Assembly (NCBI GenBank): GCA_965113315.1
Contig: OZ220366.1
DNA from: Podarcis vaucheri
Lineage: Eukaryota
Length of the DNA stretch: 64,000 nt
Strand: one strand, 5' to 3'
Under the pieces are notes generated by a model that searched no databases, was not told the origin of the DNA, and saw nothing but the letters and a program-made list of their open reading frames with translations. This document shows positions 1-13,499 of this stretch, in pieces. The first letter of the stretch is position 1, and the number at the start of each line of letters is the position of its first letter. Position numbers and translations under genes: made by a program.

Positions 1-586
1 CACTCATTCACTCATTCTCTAGGGTGCCCCTGAGGGGTGCCTCGGGCCACAGTGGACAGGCGCTGATCCCATGCGCTCTGGTCCCCTCCCCCTGCCTGCC
101 TATCTCTTTTGTCTGAGGTTGAGTGGCCTGGCAGTGGTGGTGGTGGCTCGGGACTTGCACGGTGCATGGGCGAGCGCACATGGGTGGTGGCGGCTCTGAC
201 TGCCTGCTTTCACCTATTGTTTGGTTCCGCAGCTAGGTGTGCACTGACGCATGCCTCAAAGTGACAGGAGTGGGGATTGAGCCACAGGTAGGAGTGGCCA
301 ATCTATTTATTTCCCAGCGCTGCACGTATACATGGTTGCGTATGGGTCAAACACAAGTAAGTGAGGGGGTGCCTGTATGCAAGCAGTAAAGTGCAATTCT
401 TTTGCAATTTGCAACAAATTAACAGTTTAAGCTTATGAAGACTGTGAAGTTTTGAAGATGTTTGGAAATTGTCAGAGGATCTGTCAATTCCCCTGAACAG
501 ATTTTGGTGGTGCATAGGGTGCTGCTGGTGGGAAGTAAGAGCCATTCCGTCAAGGCAGATACACACTGTCAGATATTACCCTGTGA

Positions 587-673
587 TCATAGAATTTTAG
601 AATTGGAAGGGACCCCAAAGGTCATTCAGTTTAACCTCATGTAATCCAGGAATCTCAACTAAAGCAGCCGTGG
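587..673 (-). mobile_element. CR1 LINE 3' end fragment
   Basis: Reverse complement of the CR1 tail seen at 8610-8685 (tcatagaattttagaattggaagggacc). Confidence 0.75.
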
Positions 674-1599
674 TAACTGTTTAGTAAAGCTCTCTTGTAT
701 ATATTTCTTTATTATACCGCGCCAAATGTTTAACGTAAATGACAAGAGCAGCAAAAAGCTCCACATAAAAGCAAGAGGATTATCTTTTAGTGATTATAAA
801 CAAGAAAAGTAGGCAGATGAGCTCTTGCTTTTCTACTTCTGGTGCCTTTGATTATGGAAAGGTAGAAATAATAGCCAATGTTAAATTTGATAATCTGAAT
901 TAAGACCATTCAGTAGAACAGCTGTTTAGAATTTTAACTGAATAGTAATGGTAACAGACACAACAAAGTGAGATTGAAAAGGCTTTAAACAAATTTGTCC
1001 ACACAGACTTGAAAAAATGTATTTGTAACAAAGCAAATGTAATGGATTCAGAACACACAGAATAATATATCTACCCTCTTTTGTAAAGGACCTGACTACT
1101 TCTTGTTTTGCCAAATTATCAAATTGTTGGAACAAGGTCATGCACGTTCAAATCCCTCCTCTACCATGGACTGATGAGATAGTAGCAGAAAAGTCCTTAA
1201 AACTTAGCTTCACTTCCTGATCTGTAAAAGGGGATGTCAGTGATGTATGTCAGAACTGGTGGAAAGACAAGCATAGCAAAGTGTTTAAAATGTTTATTAA
1301 GATGCCCGAAGCATTTGAGAAGATGTCATACCGCATTGTGCAGATAGTGGCAGAAGGCCAGTCAACTATTTTCCATTATTCTAAATTCCAGGATTTGATC
1401 ATTATTGTAAATAACTAAAGCAACAATTGACCATTTGAAAGACTTTTCTGTGTTTCTGTGGAGTGGAGTGCGTACTTATTATAATGCATGAATAGTCAGT
1501 TATAACTCTTAACCTTTTATCTAAATTAAGCATGTCGTGGTTTTGCTAGATCAAGGTAATTTTCTCACATTTTTTTTAAAAAACACGCTCTTATTTCAG

Positions 1600-1726
1600 T
1601 TTTCGCACTAGCAAAGGCGTTGGGTATTCTGCTCATTTTGTTGGCAACTGCTTAATAGTCACATCATTGAAGTCAAAAGGCAAAGGTTTTCAACACTGTG
1701 TGAAGTATGATTTTCAGCCACGAAAG
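1600..1726 (+). CDS. NBEA: NBEA coding exon (127 nt, phase 2-0), ConA-like region
   Basis: ttatttcag|T...AAG|gtaagc; [42 protein letters not shown]. Confidence 0.97.
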
Positions 1727-3537
1727 GTAAGCACAAAATGCTTATATAATGAATGGCTAGGGATAATCAGATACCCCTGCAATCAGTTTAATTTCATATA
1801 ATTGTGGTTAAACTCATAAAGGTAATCTCAAGAATAGCTAATTTGTTCTAATTATTAATTTTATTTTGAACTAATCTGGAAATGAAGCACTTCAGCAAAT
1901 CAGTTGCACAATGTATGTAACAGGTTGTCAAAACAGACATTCCACATAATAAAATTTCTATGCATTTATTTTGTTCCTTTTTATAAGAGTTTCCTCTGCT
2001 TTCAGTGTAAAAAGAAAATGGATTGGAACAGACGATTTTCAATAAAATAAAAAAAGGAAAGTCTGTAAATCCTATCTCATTCGGTTTAAGAGAGAGCTTG
2101 CTACAATCACAAATGTAGTGTGAATTGATAGTAAGGTTACCTGGTTACCATTGTTTGCAAGCATAAGGACTTGCCATAATGTCCTTCAACAAATGCTGCT
2201 GCTGCTTTAATTTCTGGAAGGCCTTCATTTCAAGGTGTTTTTCACCTTGACCTTCAGCACAGCTGGGAAGACATTTAACCTTAATTCTAGCTGTTCTACA
2301 GATAGGAAAATATAGATACTAGTATTCCTTCCTTCCAACTTGAATGCATAGTAGTGGTCAGGGTGTCTGTTGTATGCCTATATTTGCTGTTCAGTGACAT
2401 TTCCAGTCTTCAAAAGAATGCAGGTAAAAAGTATTTAAAGGTGACATGTAACAGGATTACCAGAGTTCCATCGCTATTAGGATTATATTCTAATCTACTT
2501 TAAAATGCCAAAAATAAATAGAATATAAAGCATATCATGAGGTTTAAATGAAATGCAGTATTTATTTCCCCCCAATAAAAAGATCTAAATTCCAAATAAA
2601 TTAGCTTCCCTTTACAAACCCAGTAATTCAGCCACCATTCAGTGTGCTGCCTCTTGTAGAACTGCCTCTTATGGAAGAAAACAGTATGGCAATTCTTAAC
2701 TTAAAATAGCAACATGTTCTTAAATAAACTAAGAGCTAAAGAGTTTTTGTGAACATGGAATGTGCATCACCAGGCGCCACAATATTTGACTGACCTTTGT
2801 AGCCATATTGTAAATTATGGGTTGTTGGGGTCCAGCCCCTTTTCTTACTGTTTTGACTTAAAATAAATAAGATGTGCATGCAAAGTATATGCTTATAAGA
2901 CTCCAAGCACAACCAGTATTTATATATATATTGGTATGAGTCCTACTGATTTAAGTAGATTGGGGATGCCTTACTCCCAAGCATTGGGAAATTTGAAAAG
3001 AAAATCACTGGTGGTTAGGAGCATATATAAAGCTTATAATGTAAAAATACATACGCATGACGAAAGTTTCATATATAGGTAATTGAGGCTAATTGTTACA
3101 GTAGCTAGGGTTCAAGTTTCTCTTTAAACAGACCCATTTAGGTGATTTAGTAGTAGTAGTCATAAATTAGTAGTCAGGTGGTTCATATCAAAAATAATTT
3201 TTGGAACTGCTGAACTTCAAGTTATGTTTGCCTTTTCTCATGGGGAACCTCTAGCTAAACGTGTAATCTAGAACCTGAGGTCTGTGAATTCTCAGTTTAG
3301 ATTGTGTTTGTAGGTCGTTTGTGTTTATATATTTCTTAATTTTTAATTTCTATGATAAATATAACTATAGCTAAAGATTTCAGTGTAACTGGAAACTTGT
3401 TTATTGCAGGACAGTTGCAATGCTCTTGTTTTTTTAAAGAAAACACTAATCTAATGTATTAGAATTAAAAGTGTGATATTTTAAAAATTGCAACATTGTT
3501 GATTCATGTTAATGGTGTGTTTTCCATTTCTTTCTAG

Positions 3538-3657
3538 TGGTACATGATTAGCATTGTACACATCTACAATCGTTGGAGAAACAGTGAAATTCGCTGTTAT
3601 GTTAATGGTCAGCTTGTATCCTATGGTGACATGGCTTGGCATGTGAACACAAATGAT
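3538..3657 (+). CDS. NBEA: NBEA coding exon (120 nt, phase 0-0)
   Basis: tttctag|TGG...GAT|gtatgt; [40 protein letters not shown]. Confidence 0.97.
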
Positions 3658-4559
3658 GTATGTTTCTTCCCTTTATACTATACCTGAATATATGCACAAT
3701 ACAATTCATAAATATATTTCTTTCCAAAAACTGCTATGAGAGGAATAGGGGACAATGATTGTTCCTCAGTCCAGGGTTCTCTCATTCTTCAAACAACTCA
3801 CTTCAATTGAGTAAAGCCTGAGGCTCAGATTTCAATAGAATAGCAACACTGGAGAGAGGAAATTAAATGCTTTGTCTGGCACCATTTTTGCAGCCTAATT
3901 GCTATTTGCCACCCTTGTGTAAATGTACAAGGATCTGCATCTTTTTTGAACAGTGGAAAGGAAAATATTTGATTGTTACCTTGGTGGAAAATGTCGCAGG
4001 GACAGAAGGATTAAATACCCTTCCCCCACAATTATGGGTAGGGGCTGCAGCTGCTGAGATTTAGATACCCCTCTGTAGAGGTGAAAGACCTCTTAGAATA
4101 GACTGCTATCAGAGGCTGATGGATCCAATTGGTTTGAAGATAACTCTGGAGACTTTTCCAGCTAGCAAGTCTGGATACTTTGTCAAAACCCTAATCAATC
4201 TGTGAAACATGAAAATGACTTGGGAAGTTGGCACAAATGCCCTCTGAACACCTTCTCCGACTGTGCCTTGCCCAAGCCTTAATGTGGCATACACAGGAGA
4301 TGCAACGAAACAAGTTGGAAGATAGCTGAAATGCAAATGGAGGAAGATGCCAGACAAATACAATCGAACACAAGTGTGTGTGCACATTGCTGAACTTACT
4401 TTGTGGCAGTGAAGGCAGTGAAGAACAGTTACTCTCTGCCACCATTGGAACCTTAGTGTCTTGTCCAGCAAAGCTTATGAGTCCTTTTATTTTCTTGCCC
4501 TAAGAAGGTGGTGAAACCCTCACTAGCCTACTATAATTTATTTGCAAGACATTTTGAGG

Positions 4560-5345
4560 ATAATCTTGCTTATTATCCACAGGATCTTAGACTTTGCTAT
4601 TGTAACAGGTGATGCTGATTTACAGAGCACTGTCAGGTCAGGTGTTAATGGACAAGTTCCAGTTGATAAAACTAGAGGACATGGACAAGGTGCTTGAATG
4701 GGTGTTGGTGAGCACTTGCATTATTGACCTTTGCCGCTGATGGCTGATAATATCTAGCTGGGACGAGACTGTTGGCTGAGCCCTGAAGGTAATTAATACT
4801 TTTCTGAGAGAGGTGCAGTGGTCCCAGACTGACTGAAAAGTATCAGTGAGGCCACTCTTTAAGAAACTCTTCTTGAACTCAGAATACTTGAACAGCTATT
4901 GGCTGGTTGAAATTGCCCCCTTCCTGTGCAAAGTACTTGAATGGGTGGGCAATGACCAACTCCAGGCACTCTGGGATAAGACTAGTTGTCTAGATCCATT
5001 TCAGTGAGGGGTCACACCCAGTATTGACACGTGATACCACTTTGGTTTCCATGCATGGTGACAGATGTCTGGAGAAGCATAGTGGGATTGTGTTGCTCTT
5101 GATCTCTTGGTAGCTTTTTATACCATTGAACATGATATTCTAAGCAGAGGATTCAAATTAGATGCACTGTTTGCAGTGCTTTTGCTCCACTTGGATGATC
5201 ATCTCCATAAAATGGTGCTTAGGAAATGAAGTTTTGCCCCATAGAGCCTCTAATGTGGGGCTTTTTGGTCTTATTCCCCATGCTCTTGAAAATGCTGAGT
5301 GAGGTTATCTGGAGTCTGGGATATGTTATCAATATGCAGTGAGGA
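4560..5345 (+). mobile_element. Degraded L2-clade LINE, RT region
   Basis: Remnant motifs CTAGATCCATTTCAG (LDPFQ) and CTTGATCTCTTGGTAGCTTTTTATACCATTGAACATG (LDLxxAFxTIxH); boundaries approximate. Confidence 0.6.
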
Positions 5346-5505
5346 TGGATTCATTGTTTGTTGAAAAAATAATACAATGCATTTATGTGGGGAAATGAAA
5401 AGCTTTTACATGACTGATTCTTAAAACATTGTATCTTTTTTACTTTGCCTGTCTTAAACTGCATTTTATTGTTCATTTTTCTAAATATTTATATTTTTAA
5501 TACAG

Positions 5506-5652
5506 AGCTATGATAAATGTTTTCTGGGATCATCTGAAACTGCTGATGCAAATAGAGTGTTTTGTGGTCAACTTGGAGCAGTCTATGTATTCACCGAAGC
5601 TCTCAACCCAGCACAGATATTTGCAATACATCAGTTAGGACCAGGATATAAG
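5506..5652 (+). CDS. NBEA: NBEA coding exon (147 nt, phase 0-0)
   Basis: tacag|AGC...AAG|gtagta; SYDKCFLGSSETADANRVFCGQLGAVYVFTEALNPAQIFAIHQLGPGYK. Confidence 0.97.
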
Positions 5653-6882
5653 GTAGTAGTTGTCATAATTTCAATTTAGAAAACAACTGCTAAAGTAAAT
5701 GTACAATACAATTGTATAGCTGTCTTAATGTTGTTTGAAATCCTTTTAATTCTCTTAAATTATAACTATGGCTTTATGTAAATGTGTGTGTGTGCACATT
5801 GATATCCAACCAATGCACCAAGCTAAATCAAATAGATATAAAGCAGAGCAGCAGAATATTGATAAAAAATATTGGGAGGTTAAGTGAAATTATATATACA
5901 TCTGTATTGGTTTATTATGGTTCTAATCCTGCCTCTCCATTTGCCTGCTCAGGGTGGGTAAAAAAATCATGAATGAACAAAACAATTATAAGCACATCAA
6001 TACACACCAAACACAAGAATCAGCAAATGGACATTGGCACTAATAATGTAGTAATTGGCCATTCTGAAATGGGTAATATTACTAATGGCTTTAGGTAACA
6101 TTGTATCAGGCTTTGAAATGTATCTTGAATGCTTTTGCCAAATGTTTTGTCTTTGGCTGTCAAATGATTGCAAAAAATAATAACTGCAGCATGTGATACT
6201 AACAAAGTTGGTGACTGCAGAAGAGAAATATTTTGTATATTGCACTGTCAATTGACCAGAAAATGAAGTTCTGAATCAGCATACGTCTTACTGTAATAAC
6301 TTTTTATCTTAAAAGTCTTGAATCCATTGAGTAGTTCAACTTGTTTTACACACCCAGATGAGCTTTGGATTTGTTCTTTTCTAGCAATCCTCCTTGCTTC
6401 CTGGCAAACTGTTTTGGAACCTGAAAGGGGTTTCAAAAATTGTTTGTCAAATGGCATGGAGTATTAGCTATTCAAAGATTAAAAAGTAATAAATCACACT
6501 GGGCACCTGCAAGGCATTGGTCAGCTTAAAATAATCTCTAGATCCCAGCCAAATACATATATATTTAAAGTATAGCGCCTCCAGCTCTTTCAGAACTTTG
6601 CACAGTTTTTAGCAAATAGAGCTTGCTGTGTGTTCCATTTTGCTTAAAAAGAAAATAAATGATATCAATCAAAAGATACTGGCAGAATCTTCAATTTAGG
6701 ATGGTATTAAATTCCCTAAGTATAAAAAAACCAAGTTCATATATTTTAATTTAACTTTCTAATACTTTATGTGCTTGGTTGTTGTTTTTCTTTTAAGTGT
6801 GTGCTATATTTCTTGGGCTAAGCAATCCAGTTATGCTGTGGAGGTGTGTGAAATATATAATTGACATCATAGCCTAAAGACG

Positions 6883-7010
6883 AGGGGTGGAAAACCCGAG
6901 TCCTCCGAAAGTTGTTGGCCCCCAGTTCCTATCAGCCCCAGCCAGCATGGCTAATGGTGAGGTTTTATGGAAGTTGTGCTCCAGCAACTTCTGTGGGCTA
7001 CAGTTCCCTA
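6883..7010. mobile_element. Short palindromic non-autonomous DNA element; related copies near 39713-39845 and 45548-45680
   Basis: Shared core ccagatgttgttggactacaactcccatcagccc...gggagttgtagtccagcaacatct with internal dyad symmetry in three copies. Confidence 0.55.
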
Positions 7011-7645
7011 TCTCTGATTATACACATTCAGTCCAGAAGGAGAGAAGGAAATTCCAGAGAACCTCTGCATACATATTCCTTGGAGTATTATGCATCTGCA
7101 AACATTTTATGACAGTACTTGTGCAATTCTTCTAAATTAGAATGGGCTTAATAACAATTACACTTAAAACAACAACAATGAGCAAACTGCAAAGTTAAAT
7201 TGTGCATTTAAATGGGTTCTTTCAGTACTGGGGTTAAATATTGTTTAAGGAGCAAACAAGTTCAGGAAGCAATTAATTCAATGGCTGGTGATGTGATTCT
7301 GAGAGCCAGAAGCTGTGTCTGTTTAGCTTTTCTTTTTTTAAAAAAAAGCAACACCAAGTAAGATATTAACAAAAATTAAAGGCAAAATTCTGAAATCAGC
7401 TGCCCATGTGGGAGTAAGCCAGTGGAACTTACATTGGAGTGGACAAGTTTAGAATTGACTTGGGGTGTGCAGGCGGAGGAGAGGAGAGGCACAGGTTGAA
7501 ATCCTTGTGTTGACTGGATGGTTACTTAACACTGCATTGAATAAAAGCCTAGCTTTTAACAAAACAACCAAATCCACAAGTAAATTTAAAATATTTTGAC
7601 TGTGCTACAAAGAGAATAATTTAGTTCTTTATAAAGTAAAATTAT

Positions 7646-8685
7646 AAAAGCCTTACTAAAATCAAGATATACTATCTCGTGATATTCTCATGAGAAAGCT
7701 GGTAAAATGTGGGTTGAACGAGGTAACCTGTAAGTGGATTTGTAGCTGGTTGATTGACCCAAAGAGTTCTCATTAATGGTTCTTCGTCATTGTGGAAAAA
7801 AGTGACAAGTGGGGTGCCACAGGGTTCTGTCCTGGGCCTGTTATTGTTCAATGTCCTTATAAATGACTTGGATGAAGGAATTGAGGGGATGCCCATCAAA
7901 TTTGCAGATGACACCAAACTGGGAGGGGTAGGTAATGCTGCAGAAGACAGAATCAGAATTCAAAATGACCTTAGCAGATTGGAGAACCAGATGCACAAAT
8001 ATAGGATGGGGAACACCTGGCTTACTAGCAGTACATGTGAAAAGGATCTAGAGGTCTTGGTGGACCGCAAGCTTAACATGAGTCAACAGTGTGATGCAGC
8101 AGCAGCAAAAAAAGCTAATGCTATTCTAGGCTGTATCAACAGAAGTATAGTGTCCAGAGCAAGGGAAGTAATAGTATCACCCTGATCTGCCTTAGTAAGA
8201 CCACACTTGGATTACTGTGTCCAATTCTGACCACCACAATTTAAGAAGGATGTTGACAAGCTGGAACGGTGTAGAGGAGGGCAACCAAGATCATCTTAGT
8301 CTGGAAACTAAGACTTATGAGCAGCGCTTGCAGGAGCTGGGTATGTTTAGTCTGGAAAAGAGGAGACTGAAAGGAGATATGATAGTCATATTCAGATATC
8401 TCAAGGGCTGTCACATGGAGGAGGAAGCATGTTTGTTTTCTCCTGCTCTGGAAGGTAGGACTCAAACCAAAGGCTTCAAGTTGCAAGAAAGGAGATTCTG
8501 ACTGAACTTTTGGAAAAGTAAGAGCTGTTCAGCAGTGGAACAGATTCCCGCTAGAGGTGGTGGACTCTCCTTCCTTGGAGGTTTTTAAACAGAGGTTGGA
8601 TGCCCATCTGTCATGGATGCTTTAGCTGAGATTCCTGCATTGCAGGGGGTTGGACAAGATGACCCTTGGCGTTCCTTCCAACTCT
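7646..8685 (+). mobile_element. 5'-truncated CR1 LINE (RT C-terminal half plus 3' UTR) with inverted 5' segment
   Basis: SGVPQGSVLG...KFADDTKLGG...EKDL...KANAILGCI motifs, frameshifts and stops, and the CR1 tail gggggttggacaagatgaccctt...ttccaactct. Confidence 0.95.
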
Positions 8686-8852
8686 CATGTAATAAATATT
8701 TAACTGGAACATGTATAATTTATTCTGATTGAGTGATTGAAACTTGATGATTGAGAATATCATTACTGCTTTCCCCCCAACATTATGTAAGAACTACATT
8801 CTGTAATTTTGACAATAATTTTCTGCTTTAAAGTTATTACTTTCATCCCCAG

Positions 8853-9050
8853 AGTACCTTCAAATTTAAATCTGAGAGTGATATCCATCTTGCTGAGCAC
8901 CACAAGCAGGTTCTATATGATGGGAAACTTGCAAGCAGTATTGCCTTCACTTACAACGCTAAGGCTACTGATGCTCAGTTATGCCTTGAATCCTCACCAA
9001 AGGAAAATCCTTCCATTTTTGTACACTCCCCACATGCTCTTATGCTTCAG
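8853..9050 (+). CDS. NBEA: NBEA coding exon (198 nt, phase 0-0)
   Basis: ccccag|AGT...CAG|gtttgt; [66 protein letters not shown]. Confidence 0.97.
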
Positions 9051-9876
9051 GTTTGTGTAAATCGATTGTTTCCATGTTTAATTAATACCCCATTAAGTGG
9101 TAAAGACTGCCAAGTTTTAAGTGAACATTTTCTGTGAACTGTTTGTACAGTTTGGTTTCTCTTTCTGTTTAACCCTCTTAACCTCTGAATAGATTGTCCT
9201 AGATTTTGCAGTCATATCCTGAACACAGTATGGTAGAGGCGAGGGGGCCATATTTCAGTGGCAGAGAATGATTTAAATAATATTTTAAATAATATGTATA
9301 TTATTTGTATATATGTTTCAGTAAAAAGCTTTTTGCTGTTATATTCTAGTGAAGTAGCACACAATGTGATACTTCATTGGGGTGAAACCATGTAGTCTTG
9401 CATTACCGTATTTACTTGAGTCTAATGCGCCATCAAATCTAATGCACACCTTAATTTTCACAACGTAATTTGGCCAAAAAAAGGTGAGCATTGGATTCAG
9501 GTAAATGTGGTATATAACCATACAAAACCATTATCTCAAATACTTTAGTGACCATGTGTTAGGTTCTCAAATAGCAAGGATCATATCACCACCAACATCC
9601 TTTGTGTTATTTCAAGTTTGTATGAAGAGGTATGAAGTATATAACTTTTATAAAAGAAATAAAATTTTGTGAAATAAAAGGCTTTTAGTGTAGCCTTCAT
9701 GTGATGCTGATCCTGGTTTCCATTAAGCATTTGCCATTACACAATTTCTTGTTTTTAAATTAGTAAATATTCTTATGATTGGATTACATACATGTTTTAT
9801 TAAATCTGTATAATTATTCACTGAATATATTTTTGCTATTAACTAATGTTCATAAAATGGTAATCTTAATTATGTA

Positions 9877-10178
9877 NNNNNNNNNNNNNNNNNNNNNNNN
9901 NNNNNNNNNNNNNNNNNNNNNNNNNNNNNNNNNNNNNNNNNNNNNNNNNNNNNNNNNNNNNNNNNNNNNNNNNNNNNNNNNNNNNNNNNNNNNNNNNNNN
10001 NNNNNNNNNNNNNNNNNNNNNNNNNNNNNNNNNNNNNNNNNNNNNNNNNNNNNNNNNNNNNNNNNNNNNNNNNNNNNNNNNNNNNNNNNNNNNNNNNNNN
10101 NNNNNNNNNNNNNNNNNNNNNNNNNNNNNNNNNNNNNNNNNNNNNNNNNNNNNNNNNNNNNNNNNNNNNNNNNNNNNN
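9877..10178. other. Assembly gap (302 N)
   Basis: Run of N. The flanking exons join in phase, so no constitutive exon is required in the gap. Confidence 1.
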
Positions 10179-10210
10179 TAATATATGATTAAATCTCTCC
10201 CCTTTAAATA

Positions 10211-10465
10211 CAGTCATACCTTGGGTTGCGAACTCTGTGGGTTGTGCGTTTTTGGGTTGTGGACCGTGCCAAACCCGGAAGTACCGGAACAGGTTACTTC
10301 CAGGTTTCAGTGCTCACGCATGCGCAGAAACGCAAAATGACGTCATGCGCAGAAGCTTCGAATCATGCCATGTGCGCGCGCGGATGCGGCACTGTGAGTT
10401 GCAAACGCTGCGGGTTGCGAACGTGCCTCCTGCACGGATCACGTTTGCAACCTGAGGTCTGACTG
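10211..10465. mobile_element. Tc1/mariner (Tigger/pogo-like) MITE
   Basis: TA|CAGTCATACCTTGGGTTGCGAAC...GTTTGCAACCTGAGGTCTGACTG|TA; terminal inverted repeats and TA duplication. Confidence 0.9.
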
Positions 10466-10699
10466 TAAATTAAACAGAAGTTTCTTCCAGGCAACCTCTT
10501 TACTGAGTATTCACCCTGATTTGTTTGTGGATAGGTTAGATGCCAATCATACAAATGTTAATTGTGGGGAGGAGGTAATGTGTGCTTTAAAGTTGAATCA
10601 ACATATTATCATATATATATAAATAGTGGTATTAGGGCTATAGTGACATGAAGATTAGTTTCAAATGTAACTGAGTTTTCTTTCCTTTTTTTAATGTAG

Positions 10700-10833
10700 G
10701 ATGTGAAAGCAATTGTGACGCATTCGATCCACAGTGCAATTCATTCAATAGGAGGAATCCAAGTTCTTTTCCCTCTCTTTGCTCAGTTAGACAATCGGCA
10801 GTTACATGATAGTCAAGTGGAAACAACAGTCTG
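10700..10833 (+). CDS. NBEA: NBEA coding exon (134 nt, phase 0-2)
   Basis: aatgtag|GAT...TG|gtaagt; [44 protein letters not shown]. Confidence 0.97.
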
Positions 10834-13499
10834 GTAAGTTTAATTTGTTATCAGCAAAGTCTATAGTCTGAGACTGAGGTAATTTTTGTATTATATCTAA
10901 TGAATGTGCTGGAGTCTCTCTTCCCACTCTACCATGTTTCTTCCAACTCTGTTTCCCCAAATAATTTATACTGTGATCTGTGAGGAGCAGTTTGTCACCA
11001 TAAAATCTAAGGAAAGGGTTGGGGTGAGGGGAAGAGCGTGAAGTTTAAAGAAATTTTTATCAACCTATATGTATATGGGCTATTTTTTTAAAAATCTGCA
11101 TAAATCCTTCTGATATTTCCAGAATTGTGAATAATTTAATCTTTAGACATTGCCTATTTTGCTCTGTAAATGCCAACATCTGTCACTAAATGGTAGATAG
11201 AAGATTTGTTCTTGCCAGGGCAAAGCGTGGTTTTTAAGAACTACTGGTGAATGCAAAAATGGAGTACTTGTTTTGTGCATTTGTCATATTGGCTACTAAA
11301 TACTTTCTCAAGAATTGTGAATAAAATTTGTTGATCTCACTAAGTAGCACTCAGCTGAATTGTTAATTAGTGTTTAATGTAGTAACACCAACATTTGCTA
11401 AGTTTGATATTTTACCACACTATTAGCACCAGCAAGTGTATTGCTCAGTACTCCTCAGAATTGTTAAATAGAATTCTAGATGAGCCTTGGTGTGTATAAA
11501 GATTCTCAAAGTCAAACAAATGGGTATTGATAGTAGTAGGATTGCCTCCCTTTGTAGTATTTTGGATTGTAAAAATGGTGTCCATCATTTTTAAAAGACA
11601 AAGGAAGTTTAGCCTTTATCTGCTAGCGAGGTTTGCTAAATGTTCCATTTCTGTTGTCTAGTTTGAACTTGCAGGAAGTAAATACTCACATGTACTCGGA
11701 TGATGATAAAGAAGTACAAAAGGATAGAGGAAAATGCCATTCTAGTCCAATAGTTCACTTGAGCATCTACCACCAATCATCTTTCCCAGAAAATGAAAGA
11801 GTGGAGATCTGGTTTAAAGTCTGAAGCCTCCAGCTCTTTCTTCCATTTCATTATAGCTTTGATTTATTGGGAAGAAGAGATTCTGGTTGATTCTGTTTTG
11901 TCTCCCCTTAGTCGAACATGGATCGGCTTGAAGGAAGGTGGCTGCTAAGCCACCCACTTCCATGCCTGACAGATCATTACAACTGTTTCTTTCATCTCTT
12001 CATATTTATTGACCTTGGAGAGAGAGAACCAATACTGGCAAATCTCTCCATTCAGTTACCAAGTACCTAATGCTGATACTTTCACAGAATGAGATACCTT
12101 CAAAGTTAGTATCTCTCTTCCCTCAAGGATGAAGAGAACAGTGTGAAAAGAGGTGTCTTATTCAGTCTGCTGCTACTGCTTCAGTGAGCTGAGTAAAATC
12201 ACTGCCAAGGTGTGAAGCAAAAAGCATAGAAACCTGAACCTTTAGGAGAAAAGACTAAATATATGGAGCAATTGACTCTGCTTTCCTTTCTTCGGGGTGA
12301 TTTGCTTTAAAAAGTTTGCTTTGCAATAATCAGGCATTTGAAAGTATTCACAAAATGTATGGATCTTTTCGAGATCAACTTAACCTTACGTTACCTGCAC
12401 TCAGGGCACCAACGCTTTTGACTGTAAATCTACTGAAGAGAAGATTTTGTACCTCTTTTGGGTGTGAGTCAGCCTAACTTAATTCTGTCCCATTGATTTA
12501 GTGAGATTTACCAGGAGTTTTCGCATTTGGGCTGGTCATCTAAAACCATGTCCACTATGATGCACGTCTGAAACATAGTGCAATCTCATTGTGTGAGAAC
12601 TGGGTAGGATGATATTCTGGGTAGCACAAAAACAAGCCCTGTCTCCAGCTGGGAGGTAGAGGAAGTGCACTGAGGGCTTTAACTCTGTATTTCTTTGGGT
12701 GTTTGTACTGTGGATACAAACTGATATACATCCAGTTCTGAGCTGGAGCAGGAAGGAAGAAACATACTTTGCCTCTGCAGTTATTGGGTGCTCAAAGCTC
12801 CAGGGTTCAGAGAGAAGCTGGGACACATCAATCAAATTTATTAGGGAACCAAGTGTAGGTTATAGCCAAAGGTGGGTGGAACTACCCAAGCAGTACAGTA
12901 CAAAGGCATATATTCACAGAAATAAAAGTTCTTAAAAGGAACAGTTGTTGTCACATGCTTTCCTGTGTTGGGATAATTTTATAGCACCCTGGGGAAAATT
13001 ATGCTCTCCAGAAGGGATGGGGATAAATGGATGATATGGATACCTGTTTGAGAGATTTCTACACCAAATACATTCCTTTAATTAGGAATGCTTTTGAAAT
13101 GCTACAATATTTTCTCCCTAATAAAAGTGCTTTTAGGAGATTGTGTGCTATAACCAGAGAGCTGAAGAAACAGATTATCCTTTGAAATAGTAAAAGATGT
13201 TAGAGATGTGAATTTTTCCTTCCAAAATTATTGAAAATATATTAATAAGAGAAGTGGGAGACAGAATGGTGCAGAACTGCTACGGAAACTAATAGACTAG
13301 AGTATTTATATTATAAATAGTACAATCCTGTGAACATTTGTTCAAAAGTTCTACCATGTTCAGTGGGGTGTACTCATTAGTAAGTATGAAAACATTCAGA
13401 CTTTTATATGGACAAGATCTTTAGCAATTGCAAAAAAATTAGTTCAGTGGACCCTGACATGGTGTGCTATCTCATGATCCTGCATCCCCTATTTTTTCC

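Noticed and set aside
9779-10217. Two long ORFs in the track
   Set aside because: Artefacts of translating through the N gap.
11600-12950. Possible decayed retroelement or coding remnant with ORFs on both strands; similar impression at 39060-39780
   Set aside because: No recognisable motif could be recovered, so it is left unassigned.
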